NCBI GenBank assembly: GCA_002269645.1 | Contig: NIVC01000096.1 | Location: 124,001 to 188,000, forward strand | Direction: 5' to 3' | DNA: 64,000 nucleotides | From: Macrostomum lignano | Taxonomy: Eukaryota | Shown here: positions 1-11,007 of the stretch, one piece after another | Position numbering within the stretch: position 1 is the stretch's first letter | How the letters are laid out: each line of letters starts with the position of its first letter | Program-made: the position numbers and the translations under genes | The notes under the pieces: generated by a model | What the model was told of the DNA's origin: nothing | The model's database searches: none | What the model saw: the letters and a program-made list of their open reading frames with translations, nothing else

Positions 1-530
1 ACAGTAGCAATGGCTTGCTAGATATCTAAACTTCTGATTGTAAAAGAATACAGCATGCTTAATTAAATACCAACTTACTGACAACTTACAAAGACATTAC
101 TGTAATTCTATTGTCAGGGATTAGAGCCCTTAGAAAAGAACATTCCTTGTGTATAAACAATTATCCTCGCCCTTAGCATCAACCAATATTTATGTACTGA
201 CTTTGCTAAACTTTACAATTGCTGATCTGCAATTTACCGAAACCTGCCAAAACATAAAAACGCCATACAAATAGGTTCTTAAATTTGTAAATGCAGCCAA
301 TTGCATTCATTTTACAAATTATAACAAAATAATGAGCCCTTCAAGGTTGGCCCTCAACACAACAACTCATGGCCAATGTTCGTGCCCTGTGGTGAATTGA
401 AAGACACTGAAGTAAAAGCCACAAATATTTAAAATTCGTCTTTTTGCGTTTTTCATTTGTTAACCCAATCTTGGGATTCAGCCCTGGATCCCAGGATCCT
501 CCGGAATTTGATTTAAGTATTCTTAATAAT

Positions 531-600
531 ATAGTATATTTAAAGCGTCGGACTCACGACTTGAACGTCGGGGGTTCGATTCCGATCTAACGTGAAAAAT
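531..600 (+). mobile_element. tRNA-derived SINE-like head / tRNA pseudogene fragment
   Basis: AGTATATTTAAAGCGTCGGACTCACGACTTGAACGTCGGGGGTTCGATTCCG contains a Pol III B-box (GGTTCGATTCC) and a degenerate D-arm; no complete cloverleaf. Confidence 0.45.
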
Positions 601-2299
601 TTGTGCCCTTAAGCGAGACAATTAACTCTGCATTGCTTCAGTTCACCCAGCAGTAAAATGGGTGCCAGCATTAGCTGGGGTAATTGAGGGTGTGTGTGCT
701 GACCCCCCAGTCCTTGGACTGAACAGCCGTACGCAGCTTTCAGATGCGCCGCGCAATAGCTGCGGCTGAGCTGTCGGTTGCACATCTGGCTCAATTGGGG
801 CAGGTGTACAGGTGTATTCAATTACTGTTTTTACATGTAATATTAAAAAATTTGCAGATTTCTGAGTGATAACAGACAAAAAATCACCCCATGCACTGAC
901 TGTGAGCAGTTCAACTCGGTTAGCGATCGAGGTACCGTACAGATGATCTGCCGAAATCGTGAGAAAAGTTCCATCGCCTGTCCGTCATTGCCTCGGCTCA
1001 ACATAGCTTTTTTAGTCTACTGTACCCCACAGACATATAGGTGTATGGTAAAGAGCTTTAAGCTGTAAAATGTGTGCACGCAGATGTACGAAATGCCAAA
1101 GATATAGCAGACGCTATGCATTTACTAAGCTGTGATTTAGTTTTGTAGTCAGAATTGTACAATTCATGTACTGAAAGAAACTTCTGTTGAGTGAGACAGA
1201 ACTCCCAGTGCCACTATAGACAGGGAGAGATGACGGTATGGCTTCTCAATCTGTTTGAAGCTATGGCTGATCTATTCTTTATCTAGATGTATTTTTAAAT
1301 GTAGATCGACTCTATGGATGATGGAAGAATTGATCTACTGATAAGTAGAAAGTATAGAGTGTGGCATCAGTACCTCTTGCACAGAACTGCGCGTTTAGCA
1401 GAGTAGAGATAAAAACGTAAGCACTAGCCTTCTCGTACAGTTGGTAAGTTTTGATACGCCTGGCATCAAGGTATCGTTAGGCTCATTTAATGGGTCTTAT
1501 CTTGTGAAGCGAGAACACATAGACACTATAGAAAACAATGGGTGGTTTGAGTGGGAGTTAGGGGTTTGGGTTGGCGCTCACGCAGTTTCTCGCAACCACC
1601 AACCCCCTCCCCCTTCCACAAACCATTTGCTACGAGTCTTTTGTCACGCGTTCCCAGGCTGCTGACTGGCCGGGGCCCTCAAGCTCAAACCCTAGCTTCA
1701 TTATGTGCATTGGACATTCAAGTCGAATAGCCTAGAGCTACTCGAGCTTGGATACAGTAGCTTTGGTCGAGACGAGTAGAGGTGGTTGTTTATTTCCGCT
1801 TCGATGTAAGCGCATTTCCAGTGCATGCTTAAAATAACGTTGCTGACGACATTTTGAGGTAGATGCGAATTTTTGAAACAGGTTGAGCTGAGAGTCGCTA
1901 GAGGTGGGGGTAGTTCGGTAGTTTTCGTTATCTTCTTTTCTTCTTTTCTTTTCTTTGCCACTAATATACGATCTCTGTACATCTCGTCTCGTATAATCGC
2001 AGAATTGTGGATGCTACTCGTAATTTCACAAACAAATAGACAGGCTTCAAAAATACAAAGTGGTGACAGAATAACAGTTGCAAGAAATTTTTATAACAAA
2101 CCTGTAAAAAAGGCTTTAAAGATCGATAATTCACCCGTCGACGACTGGTGTTGCGTCGAGATCAACACGGTAAGACAATCCGGGGTTTTACGGTGCAAGT
2201 CATCTTAACGCAAGGCTACATACACGTATTAAACTGCATTTCTAAGTTCTATTTAAGTCCCGCATGATACGAGCGTATTAAGAAATAAAAAAGTAGAAC

Positions 2300-2650
2300 A
2301 AGGGGTGTTCGGGGTTCGGGTACTGGACATACCAGAGCTTATCGAGTGAGATAGGTGGATAAGCGGCGATCAACGAGACACGTAGGCAGAATTTGATGGG
2401 CCGGGAGAGAGTAACTGATACTTGTCAGTGCCCTACTAAGATTGATTCGCGGATGATGAGGCTGCGAGCAAGCAGACACTCGGCAGCGACAGAGAGGTGA
2501 ACACGGGTCTGGAGGCGTACAGATACTTCTGAGACAACTGAGTGAAACAACGGTGGGGTGAGAGCAGTGAGCTGCACGAGTAGGGTAAACCTCACAGGGC
2601 TTGAGTGGGGTTAAGTCACACAAGGTTGGGTGGCGCTAAGCCACACGGCT
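2300..2650 (+). repeat. Dispersed repeat, copy 1 (homologous to about 56675-56910)
   Basis: GGGGTGTTCGGGGTTCGGGTACTGGAC...GCAGAATT.GATGGGC.GGGAG...CTAAGCCACAC recurs with divergence at 56675-56910. The start also resembles the TAGGGGTGTTCGGGG terminus at 57853. Confidence 0.6.
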
Positions 2651-2788
2651 GAATTTTAACCCGAGCTTAAACTTTGAGACATCTCTGTTTGTTCTTCCAC
2701 GGTCCAGGAATTAGGAAAGGTCTTTTGAAAAGCTAGCCTGGTCCAGCGTCATAATATCGAACTGGAAGCTTCTGAGCAGTTTGTCGAC

Positions 2789-3845
2789 AGTAGTATGAGT
2801 TTATGCAACTCTGCCGCACTTGCACTGCGGAGATAGGCGGTAATGTAAAAGGATAGGAGGGCGTAAAAGAGCCAGCTGAGATAGCCAATGGAAATAAGGG
2901 GCGTGGGGTGGGTGTGATTGGCTGGGTGGTGAAACGCTTATGCAACTCTGCCGCACTGGGGGAGGCAGGTAGCAAAGCAAAGCATCGGAAGGTTTTGGAA
3001 TAGCAGAGTAAACAAATTAAAAACAAGGTAGGCATGGCGTGGAAACGTCCACCTCAATTTGTGCCTGGCTCGGCAACTCCTCAGCGTCCCCCACTGTGTT
3101 TATCCTATAGAATGTCTATGCACTATTTGTCAGTGCGGAGTGAAATAGATAAGAGAGAGGCTCTGGTCTTCTTGAGTGTCTGGCTCTGGCGATTCTAATA
3201 AATGGGCAATAAACTTTGTAACGGGTGCGGGGCTTGAGTGGAAAGGGTAGGGTTGGAAGTGGAGGTGAGGTTGGTGAGCTCTAAAACAGTTGTTCAACTC
3301 TGCCGCACTTTCACTGTGCAGGGACAGAGAGGTGAGCTCTAAAACAGTTGTTCAACTCTGCCGCACTTTCACTGTGCAGGGACAGAGAGGTGAGCTCTAA
3401 AACAGTTGTTCAACTCTGCCGCACTTTCACTGTGCAGGGACAGAGAGGTGAGCTCTAAAACAGTTGTTCAACTCTGCCGCACTTTCACTGTGCAGGGACA
3501 GAGAGGTGAGCTCTAAAACAGTTGTTCAACTCTGCCGCACTTTCACTGTGCAGGGACAGAGAGGTGAGCTCTAAAACAGTTGTTCAACTCTGCCGCACTT
3601 TCACTGTGCAGGGACAGAGAGGTGAGCTCTAAAACAGTTGTTCAACTCTGCCGCACTTTCACTGTGCAGGGACAGAGAGGTGAGCTCTAAAACAGTTGTT
3701 CAACTCTGCCGCACTTTCACTGTGCAGGGACAGAGAGGTGAGCTCTAAAACAGTTGTTCAACTCTGCCGCACTTTCACTGTGCAGGGACAGAGAGGTGAG
3801 CTCTAAAACAGTTGTTCAACTCTGCCGCACTTTCACTGTGCAGGG
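2789..3845 (+). repeat. Left terminal inverted repeat of Polinton-1
   Basis: Reverse complement of about 19275-19944: near-identical for the first ~280 bp, more diverged internally. Confidence 0.9.
3276..3845 (+). repeat. 58-bp tandem repeat, about 10 copies, inside the left TIR
   Basis: Unit GAGCTCTAAAACAGTTGTTCAACTCTGCCGCACTTTCACTGTGCAGGGACAGAGAGGT with period 58 (3276, 3334 ... 3798) and no spacers. Confidence 0.95.
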
Positions 3846-4074
3846 CGGAGGGCTAGGGTTTGAAGTGGAGGTGAGGTTGGTGGTTGGGGGGGGGGGTAGG
3901 GATTGGATGGCAGACAGAGCCATACTGTCTGTGCATATATATTTGGGGTAATTGTACATGGTGTACACAGGCAAGCAGTCTCTGTTTTTTAGAGAGAAGA
4001 TATATATACGCGCCTAAAAATTCGAAAGAAGCAAGAACGGAATTTGCGATTGATTTTAATCTCCAAAAAATATA

Positions 4075-5418
4075 ATGAAAGTCAAAAGAAAATCAGCTGT
4101 TAACAGTCTGCCTTTTTTTGAAGCCTGTCTTTCTTGCAACAAATGCGTCCTCGGAGGGCTGAAGCCGGACCGCCACATAGCCTGCAGCACCAGTAAGTGG
4201 AGCGTGTGCTGGCAGTGCAGCTTTTTTAAAAAGAGTAATGGAAGCTTCTCAGCCTCACGACATGACGGGCATCTCCAACTTCCGAGCGGAGACAATGGAT
4301 TGCGTAATATCAAGCGGCTTGTGCTCCAAAAAGCGCACCAGCTTGCTAAGGAGGAGGCAGCTCGCACTCGAGTGCTTAGTCAGGCCATCCGAGGCGTCCT
4401 TGATAGTGACGATGATTTTGTTGTTAATCAGTCGATTTCGTCAAAATGCCCTGCTGGAAGGGGAACTGATGAGATTGCTGGAAAGCAACTAAGAATGAGC
4501 AGCCCATACAGTTTTTTGGAGGAGCCCAGTGATCTTGAAGAGCACGACGACTTCAACCAGCAGCCGCAGCTGCCTGCCGCGGCCAACGAGGAGTTGCCTG
4601 ACGCCGGCCAGCTGCCCGCCGCGGCCAACGAGGAGCTGCCTGACGCCAGCCAGCTGCCCGCCGCGGCCAAGGAGGAGCTGCCTGACGCCAGCCAGCTGCC
4701 CGCCGCGGCCAACGAGGAGCTGCCTGACGCCGGCCAGCTGCCCGCCGCGGCCAACGAGGAGCTGCCTGACGCCGGCCAGCTGCCCGCCGCGGCCAACGAG
4801 GAGCTGCCTGACGCCGGCCAGCTGCCCGCCGCGGCCAACGAGGAGCTGCCTGACGCCGGCCAGCTGCCCGCCGCGGCCAACGAGGAGCTGCCTGACGCCG
4901 GCCAGCTGCCCGCCGCGGCCAACGAGGAGCTGCCTGACGCCGGCCAGCTGCCCGCCGCGGCCAACGAGGAGCTGCCTGACGCCGGCCAGCTGCCCGCCGC
5001 GGCCAACGAGGAGCTGCCTGACGCCGGCCAGCTGCCCGCCGCGGCCAACGAGGAGCTGCCTGACGCCGGCCAGCTGCCCGCCGCGGCCAACGAGGAGCTG
5101 CCTGACGCCGGCCAGCTGCCCGCCGCGGCCAACGAGGAGCTGCCTGACGCCGGCCAGCTGCCCGCCGCGGCCAACGAGGAGCTGCCTGACGCCGGCCAGC
5201 TGCCCGCCGCGGCCAACGAGGAGCTGCCTGACGCCGGCCAGCTGCCCGCCGCGGCCAACGAGGAGCTGCCTGACGCCGGCCAGCTGCCCGCCGCGGCCAA
5301 CGAGGAGCTGCCTGACGTCAGCCAGCTAGATGAAATTCTAGATGACATTGAAAATCTAGAACTACCTCAAGCAGCACCGGTCGTAGCCCCAGTTTTCAAC
5401 CTTTTTTGCCTGCGGTAA
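4075..5418 (+). CDS. Polinton ORF1: Cys/His-rich N-terminal domain plus about 18 copies of the 14-aa repeat ELPDAGQLPAAANE
   Basis: 447-aa ORF. N-terminus CxxCxxC...H..C...W..CW.C...RH.GH is homologous to 30865-31128 of Polinton-2. 42-bp tandem repeat at about 4566-5325. Confidence 0.75.
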   Translation: MKVKRKSAVNSLPFFEACLSCNKCVLGGLKPDRHIACSTSKWSVCWQCSFFKKSNGSFSASRHDGHLQLPSGDNGLRNIKRLVLQKAHQLAKEEAARTRVLSQAIRGVLDSDDDFVVNQSISSKCPAGRGTDEIAGKQLRMSSPYSFLEEPSDLEEHDDFNQQPQLPAAANEELPDAGQLPAAANEELPDASQLPAAAKEELPDASQLPAAANEELPDAGQLPAAANEELPDAGQLPAAANEELPDAGQLPAAANEELPDAGQLPAAANEELPDAGQLPAAANEELPDAGQLPAAANEELPDAGQLPAAANEELPDAGQLPAAANEELPDAGQLPAAANEELPDAGQLPAAANEELPDAGQLPAAANEELPDAGQLPAAANEELPDAGQLPAAANEELPDAGQLPAAANEELPDVSQLDEILDDIENLELPQAAPVVAPVFNLFCLR

Positions 5419-5893
5419 CTGGCAGGGCTATGAAATTCATTTTGACAATCAAAAGCTTACCCTGATAGCATTGTAATTGTAAGTCTAAATACTTTGATGC
5501 AGAAAAATTGAAGTAAAAATATACTGCTAGCATTCGATTTTTACTTCATTATGACTGGATAAGTTGGAATTTCGTTTCTATTTAATCAATTTCAATATTA
5601 GTTTTTCGCATAAATATAATAGTTTGAAAGTTTAATTTGTATCCATACTTTGTATTAGAGATGTATTTGACCATTCAAACTAATTGCAGCTAAGGGAACC
5701 AAATAACAGGCAAAGTGGCAGAGCAGGACTCAAGCGAGTTTTCAGAGTCCGATTGTGACTGCTGGTCAGAATCAGAGAGCGAAGATAATTGGTCTGAATC
5801 AAGTTCTACTCGGAGAGTGATTTCGATGGGCTATCTGAAACCGACACCAACAACACTAAGCAAGATTGTGCTAGTAGCGGTTCCAGTCTGATC

Positions 5894-6603
5894 GACACCG
5901 GCGGCGGCAGTGCAGGAAGCGACACCGGCGGCGGCAGTGCAGGAAGCGACACCGGGGGCAGTGCAGGAAGCGACACCGGCGGCGGCAGTGCAGGAAGCGA
6001 CACCGGCGGTGGTAGTGCAGGAAGCGACACCGGTGGCGGCAGTGCAGGAAGCGACACCGGCGGCGGCAGTGCAGGAAGCGACACCGGGGGCAGTGCAGGA
6101 AGCGACACCGGCGGCGGCAGTGCAGGAAGCGACACCGGCGGCGGCAGTGCAGGAAGCGACACCGGCGGCGGCAGTGCAGGAAGCGACACCGGCGGCGGCA
6201 GTGCAGGAAGCGACACCGGCGGCGGCAGTGCAGGAAGCGACACCGGCGGCGGCAGTGCAGGAAGCGACACCGGCGGCGGCAGTGCAGGAAGCGACACCGG
6301 CGGTGGTAGTGCAGGAAGCGACACCGGTGGCGGCAGTGCAGGAAGCGACACCGGCGGCGGCAGTGCAGGAAGCGACACCGGGGGCAGTGCAGGAAGCGAC
6401 ACCGGCGGCGGCAGTGCAGGAAGCGACACCGGCGGCGGCAGTGCAGGAAGCGACACCGGCGGCGGCAGTGCAGGAAGCGACACCGGCGGCGGCAGTGCAG
6501 GAAGCGACACCGGCGGCGGCAGTGCAGGAAGCGACACCGGCGGCGGCAGTGCAGGAAGCGACACCGGCGGCGGCAGTGCAGGAAGCGACACCGGCGGCGG
6601 CAG
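5894..6603 (+). repeat. 27-bp tandem repeat (about 26 copies), probably coding GGGSAGSDT
   Basis: Unit ACCGGCGGCGGCAGTGCAGGAAGCGAC with some 24-bp variants. The GGGSAGSDT frame continues the upstream acidic stretch SESDFDGLSETDT and runs to a GTGAGT donor at 6654. Confidence 0.8.
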
Positions 6604-6836
6604 TGAACTCAGCTTGATCGAAAACAACGGTGCCAGCAATATTCATCCTTATCGTGAGTCAACAACATTTTTAATTTCAGCCTTAAGTTATTTAATTCCT
6701 GGGTGCATTCGAAGTTTTGTATTTAAAAATCGAGAAATTCGATTTAAGTGTGCTTATTGAGTCTAAATTTCATTATCATGGAATACCATCTTTTGAGTAA
6801 CAGAGAATAAGCAAAGCTGTTAATTTTTTATTTTAG

Positions 6837-9800
6837 ACATTCAGCAAGTAGCAAGTGCGCACAACGAAACCCTGGTGGTGTATCGAATTTCCGTGCCAAG
6901 CGATGCACCATGTGACCCATTTGAACTCGCCCGACGGAGCAGGGAAGCAATACAGCGAATTGTATTCGAGAAGATGGAGAATCCAAATCTTTTAGTTAGA
7001 GCGCAGCTAAAAATGAGCATCCGAATGAACAGAATCCAAGCTGGTGAAGTGGTGAACCAGGAAGAAAGATGGGTAAGCACTCGTTTGCAACCTGTCAATG
7101 ACGCCACTTGCTTTGATGATTGGTGGTTGCGAAGGCATCATTGAGAAGATGAACACAAATGGCAGTGGTTGGGTGATTGTGCGCGTCAACTGCATCGACT
7201 TGAACATTGCGGTTGGTCAAAGACTGCGCTTCTACTCTGGTCATGCAAGCAATTTTGAATTACCTCCTCTGCTGAAGGCAAAAAAAGCCGTCATCAATCC
7301 TCCTAGTACTGGCTCTGATTGTTTTTTGTATGCCTGCCTTGCAGTGCTGCATCACGGTGATGAGAATTTGAGGAAAAACCCTCAAAGGCTTTCTACTTAC
7401 AAGGACTGGTTGAACGATATCAATCTTTCAGGAATTTCCTTACCCGTTGGACTCAACCAGCTAAATCGAATCGAATTACTGAACCCAAGGTTATGTTTTG
7501 TAGTTTTTTCTTGGTCAAGCAGTAACGGTGTCAGTGTGCTGAGGCAGCCACGAGTTGAAGTCGCATGCAGTCGCAAAGTAGTTCTTCTCCTACTATTGAA
7601 CAAATCAGCTAACAAGGATGAAGAGGATAAACACTGGTGCGGAATCGTGAGCCTTGATAGGCTACTAAACAGTAAAAGCGGTCTTTACCACAGAAAGTGG
7701 TGTGAACGCTGCTTGAGCTCTTTCGTAACTGATCAGAAGCTAAGTGAGCACAGAGACCAGTGCTATCGCTCTAATGAGTTTGCTGTCAAGGAACGAGTTC
7801 CTACTGAGAAGCGCAGCGTGCTGTCTTTTCAAAACTACTTCAAAACTATTGAAGCACCGTTCGCTATCTATGCTGATATTGAAGCATTTAATTCTCCGCT
7901 AGGCCCCCACACTCGAGAGGTCATGCATCAGAAGGTTGAGGAAATGGAGGTCAGCGACAATGAGCAAGTCTGCAGCACACGCAGCAGCAGCAGCAGCAGT
8001 CATGTACAAGCAAGACCAGATGAGGGCATGGTAACTGGCAAAACCGTCTTTATTTCCGAGCATCTGCCTGCAGCGGGTGGATTTCTACTCGTTGCTCGTG
8101 AAGGCATGAAGGGACCACCACTCAAGGATCAAGGTCATGTGAAGTTGGACTCCAGTTCAAATCCATTGGAGTGTATGGAAACGTTTCTTCATGAGCTGGA
8201 ACGCGTGGCTCGAGAAGTCTATGACTGGAACAGAAGGCACAGCTACCAAACGGCTGAAGCAGACACTACTGCTAGTCAAATCTTCAGTGAATCCTCCAAC
8301 TGTCATTACTGTGATCGACAGTTTACTGACACTAATGACAAGCACTATGACCATGATCATCTGACTGGAAAATTCAAAGGCGCCGCATGTTCACGGTGTA
8401 ACAAATTAGCGCAACTTCGCCGAAGATTTCTGCCGATTTTCTTCCATAATCTCCGAAATTATGACATGCACCTCCTGTTTTCAACAGCGTTAGGAAATAT
8501 GAAAAACTGGAAGCTGAGTGTCATTCCTCAGACTTCTGAACGCTATATGTCTCTTCGAATAGATTTCCCAATCGCCGAAATCACTCTACCGAAAGGCAAA
8601 AAGAAAACAATTTTCTTCACTCTGCAGTTCCTCGATTCATTCCAGTTTTTAAACGCGGGTCTAGACAAACTGATTCGCAACTTACCTCTCCAGGACAGAA
8701 AATTCACTCAGCAAATGAAAAGCTGCTTTCCAAAGTTAACTAATGAAACATTGTCTATCAAGGGAGTCTTTCCCTATGATTTCGTCAAATCCCCCGCGAA
8801 TTTGGCAGTGACCGAACTTCCGAGCAGAGAAGAGTTTTTCAACTCTCTGACAAAGACAGCTTGCAGTGAGGAGAGCTATGCTCATGCGCGCAAAGCCTGG
8901 AAGCAGATCGAAGCAAAAAAATTTGCACGACTACATGCTTGCCTACCTGCAGCTTGACATCCGTCAACTTGCCGATGTTTTTCAGAACTTTCGCCGTTTG
9001 AGTCTCCATGATGACGGTCTTGACACAGCCCACTACTTTACTACACCAGGTCTATCATTTGATTCCGCACTGAAATCCGCGCCAACACCGCTCCAGTTGC
9101 TCGACGATGCTGAGAAGTACAGACTCTTTGAGCTTGGCATTCGTGGAGGAATGACCTTCACGAACGTTCATCATGTTACTGCCGGACCAGTCACCAGTCA
9201 CCAGTCGTCAGATGGTGCAGATTCATCAAGCGCAGCTTCTAATGCCGAGACAAATTCTTTGCTCCCCGTAGACATGAATAATCTCTACGGGCAAGCGCTG
9301 TCCGAAAAACTACCCGTCAGTGACTTTGAGTGGCTTAGTGAAGAAGAACTGTGTGAATGGACAGAAGAGAAGCTACTTAAATTGGATGACGATGGTCCAG
9401 TTGGCTACCTATTTGAGGTTGATTTGGAATATCCAGATGTAATCCACACGCAGACACAAGATTTGCCATTTGCCCCCGAGAAGGCCGCGCCTAAGCTCGA
9501 AGAGTTTCCGCCATTCATGAAACGTCTTTGGGGCGAATTGAACACTCGCAACGAGCCGTACAAAGGCTGTGTGAAACTTTTACTCACATGTCATGACAAG
9601 GAATCCTACGTCGTACATTTCCGAATTTTGAAGTTCTACTTGCGTCACGGTATGCGACTAAAAAAGATCCGAAGAGCTATTCGATTTTGTCAAGCTGCAA
9701 TTTTCCAAGCCTACATTGACAGAAACAGCAAAAAGCGCTCAGTGGCTACAACGGAATTCGAAAAAGACTATTACAAACTGAAGAATAACTCCCTGTTCGG

Positions 9801-10653
9801 CAAAACGATGGAAAACGTACGGAAGAGGCTCAGTGTTCGAATTTCTAACAACGAGGAGCAGTCCGAAATCTATTCATCGCGTCCGAATCTTAAGGACTTT
9901 ACGATTGTGACTCAAGACTTAGTAGTTTTTCAATTTTTCAAGACATCAGTCACTCTTGACCGCCCAATCTACGTTGGTCAATGTGTTTTAGATGACTCTA
10001 AGCTGGCGATGTACCGATTGTACTATGGAAAGCTAAAGCCAACATTTGAGAATCCTGCTCTCCAACAAGGAGTTTCCCTATGCGGTGGGGACACCGATTC
10101 CTTCTTTCTGTGCTTTAAAAACATCGATGTTCAGAGTGCTGTTCTACCAGAACTCATTCGCCAGCGATTGCTAGATACCTCAAACTTCCCGGCCGACCAT
10201 CAATTCCGATCCGATGATCTAAAAGCCAAGTTAGGCTGCATAAAGGACGAATCTGCAGGCAACCCCCATCGTGAATGGATCCTTTTGAGACCAAAACTAT
10301 ACTCGATGAAGGCCGAGTCTGGAGGGAAGAAGGCAGCCAAAGGTGTTCAGAAGAGTGTGCTGCGGGCAGAAATCACACACGATGACTACATGCAGGCGTT
10401 TGCCAGTTTGAAGGAGCTTCGCGTCTTGACACGCAGAATCGCTAGCCGACGACACAGAGTAGTCACTTTAGAGCAACAGAAGCGTGCCCTGACTGTATGG
10501 GAGGACAAGCGTGCGTGGACTTCCCCAAACCAAAGTCTTCCGTATGGGCACTTTGCTTTAAGAGACCCCTGCCGCCACAGCTGCCGCCGTTACAATCGAG
10601 AAGCACCTCAACTAGCTGCTGATCAGGCTCCCAAGCAAATGAGGATGCAATAA
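6837..10653 (+). CDS. polB: Protein-primed family B DNA polymerase (pPolB) with endonuclease-VII-like Zn insert; two frameshifts (about 7130 and 8915)
   Basis: Exo motifs YADIEAF and FFHNLRNYD; DHDHLTGKFKGAACSRCN insert; KGVFPYDF; GIRGG; DMNNLYG (region A); KLKNNSLFGK (B); GGDTDSF (C). Spread over ORFs 6875-7144, 7098-8957 and 8866-10653. Confidence 0.96.
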
Positions 10654-11007
10654 CATACATTTGACTAGTGCGTACTTTGAATTGAGCATTTGCTCAGCTT
10701 TGCATTTTGGTTTTTGGAACGCAATGTACATTTTGTCCGCATAAATGCTATAGTACTTTTCTTTAACGTGCCATTGCTTTTTCAAAACTTGCTTAACTTT
10801 TATGAGTGTTAGCATTTTCATTTTCTTTCTTTTCCTATGTTCTTTTAATATTAGCATCAATTTTCGCTGTGTTGCAGTTTGCTGACAATTTTTTAGCATC
10901 TTTTGTAGCCAAAAAATAAAACTAGTAAACAAGGCATATTAAAGTTAAATTAAAGTTTTTTTCTTCTAGTTCTTGTCGGAAGATTAAAGACGGGTAATTA
11001 TTGTGCT

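Noticed and set aside
2783-2788. GTCGAC as part of the TIR rather than a TSD
   Set aside because: It is palindromic and therefore ambiguous, but Polinton termini start AGTAGT, 6 bp is the canonical TSD length, and complementarity stops beyond it.
3276-3845. 58-bp array as a CRISPR array
   Set aside because: Units are contiguous and identical with no unique spacers; eukaryotic context and no cas genes.
4428-6646. Long ORFs 4428-5348, 4529-5329, 5806-6639, 5831-6646 and 5910-6617 as separate genes
   Set aside because: Stop-free shadow frames of the 42-bp and 27-bp tandem repeats; only one frame of each links to non-repetitive coding sequence.
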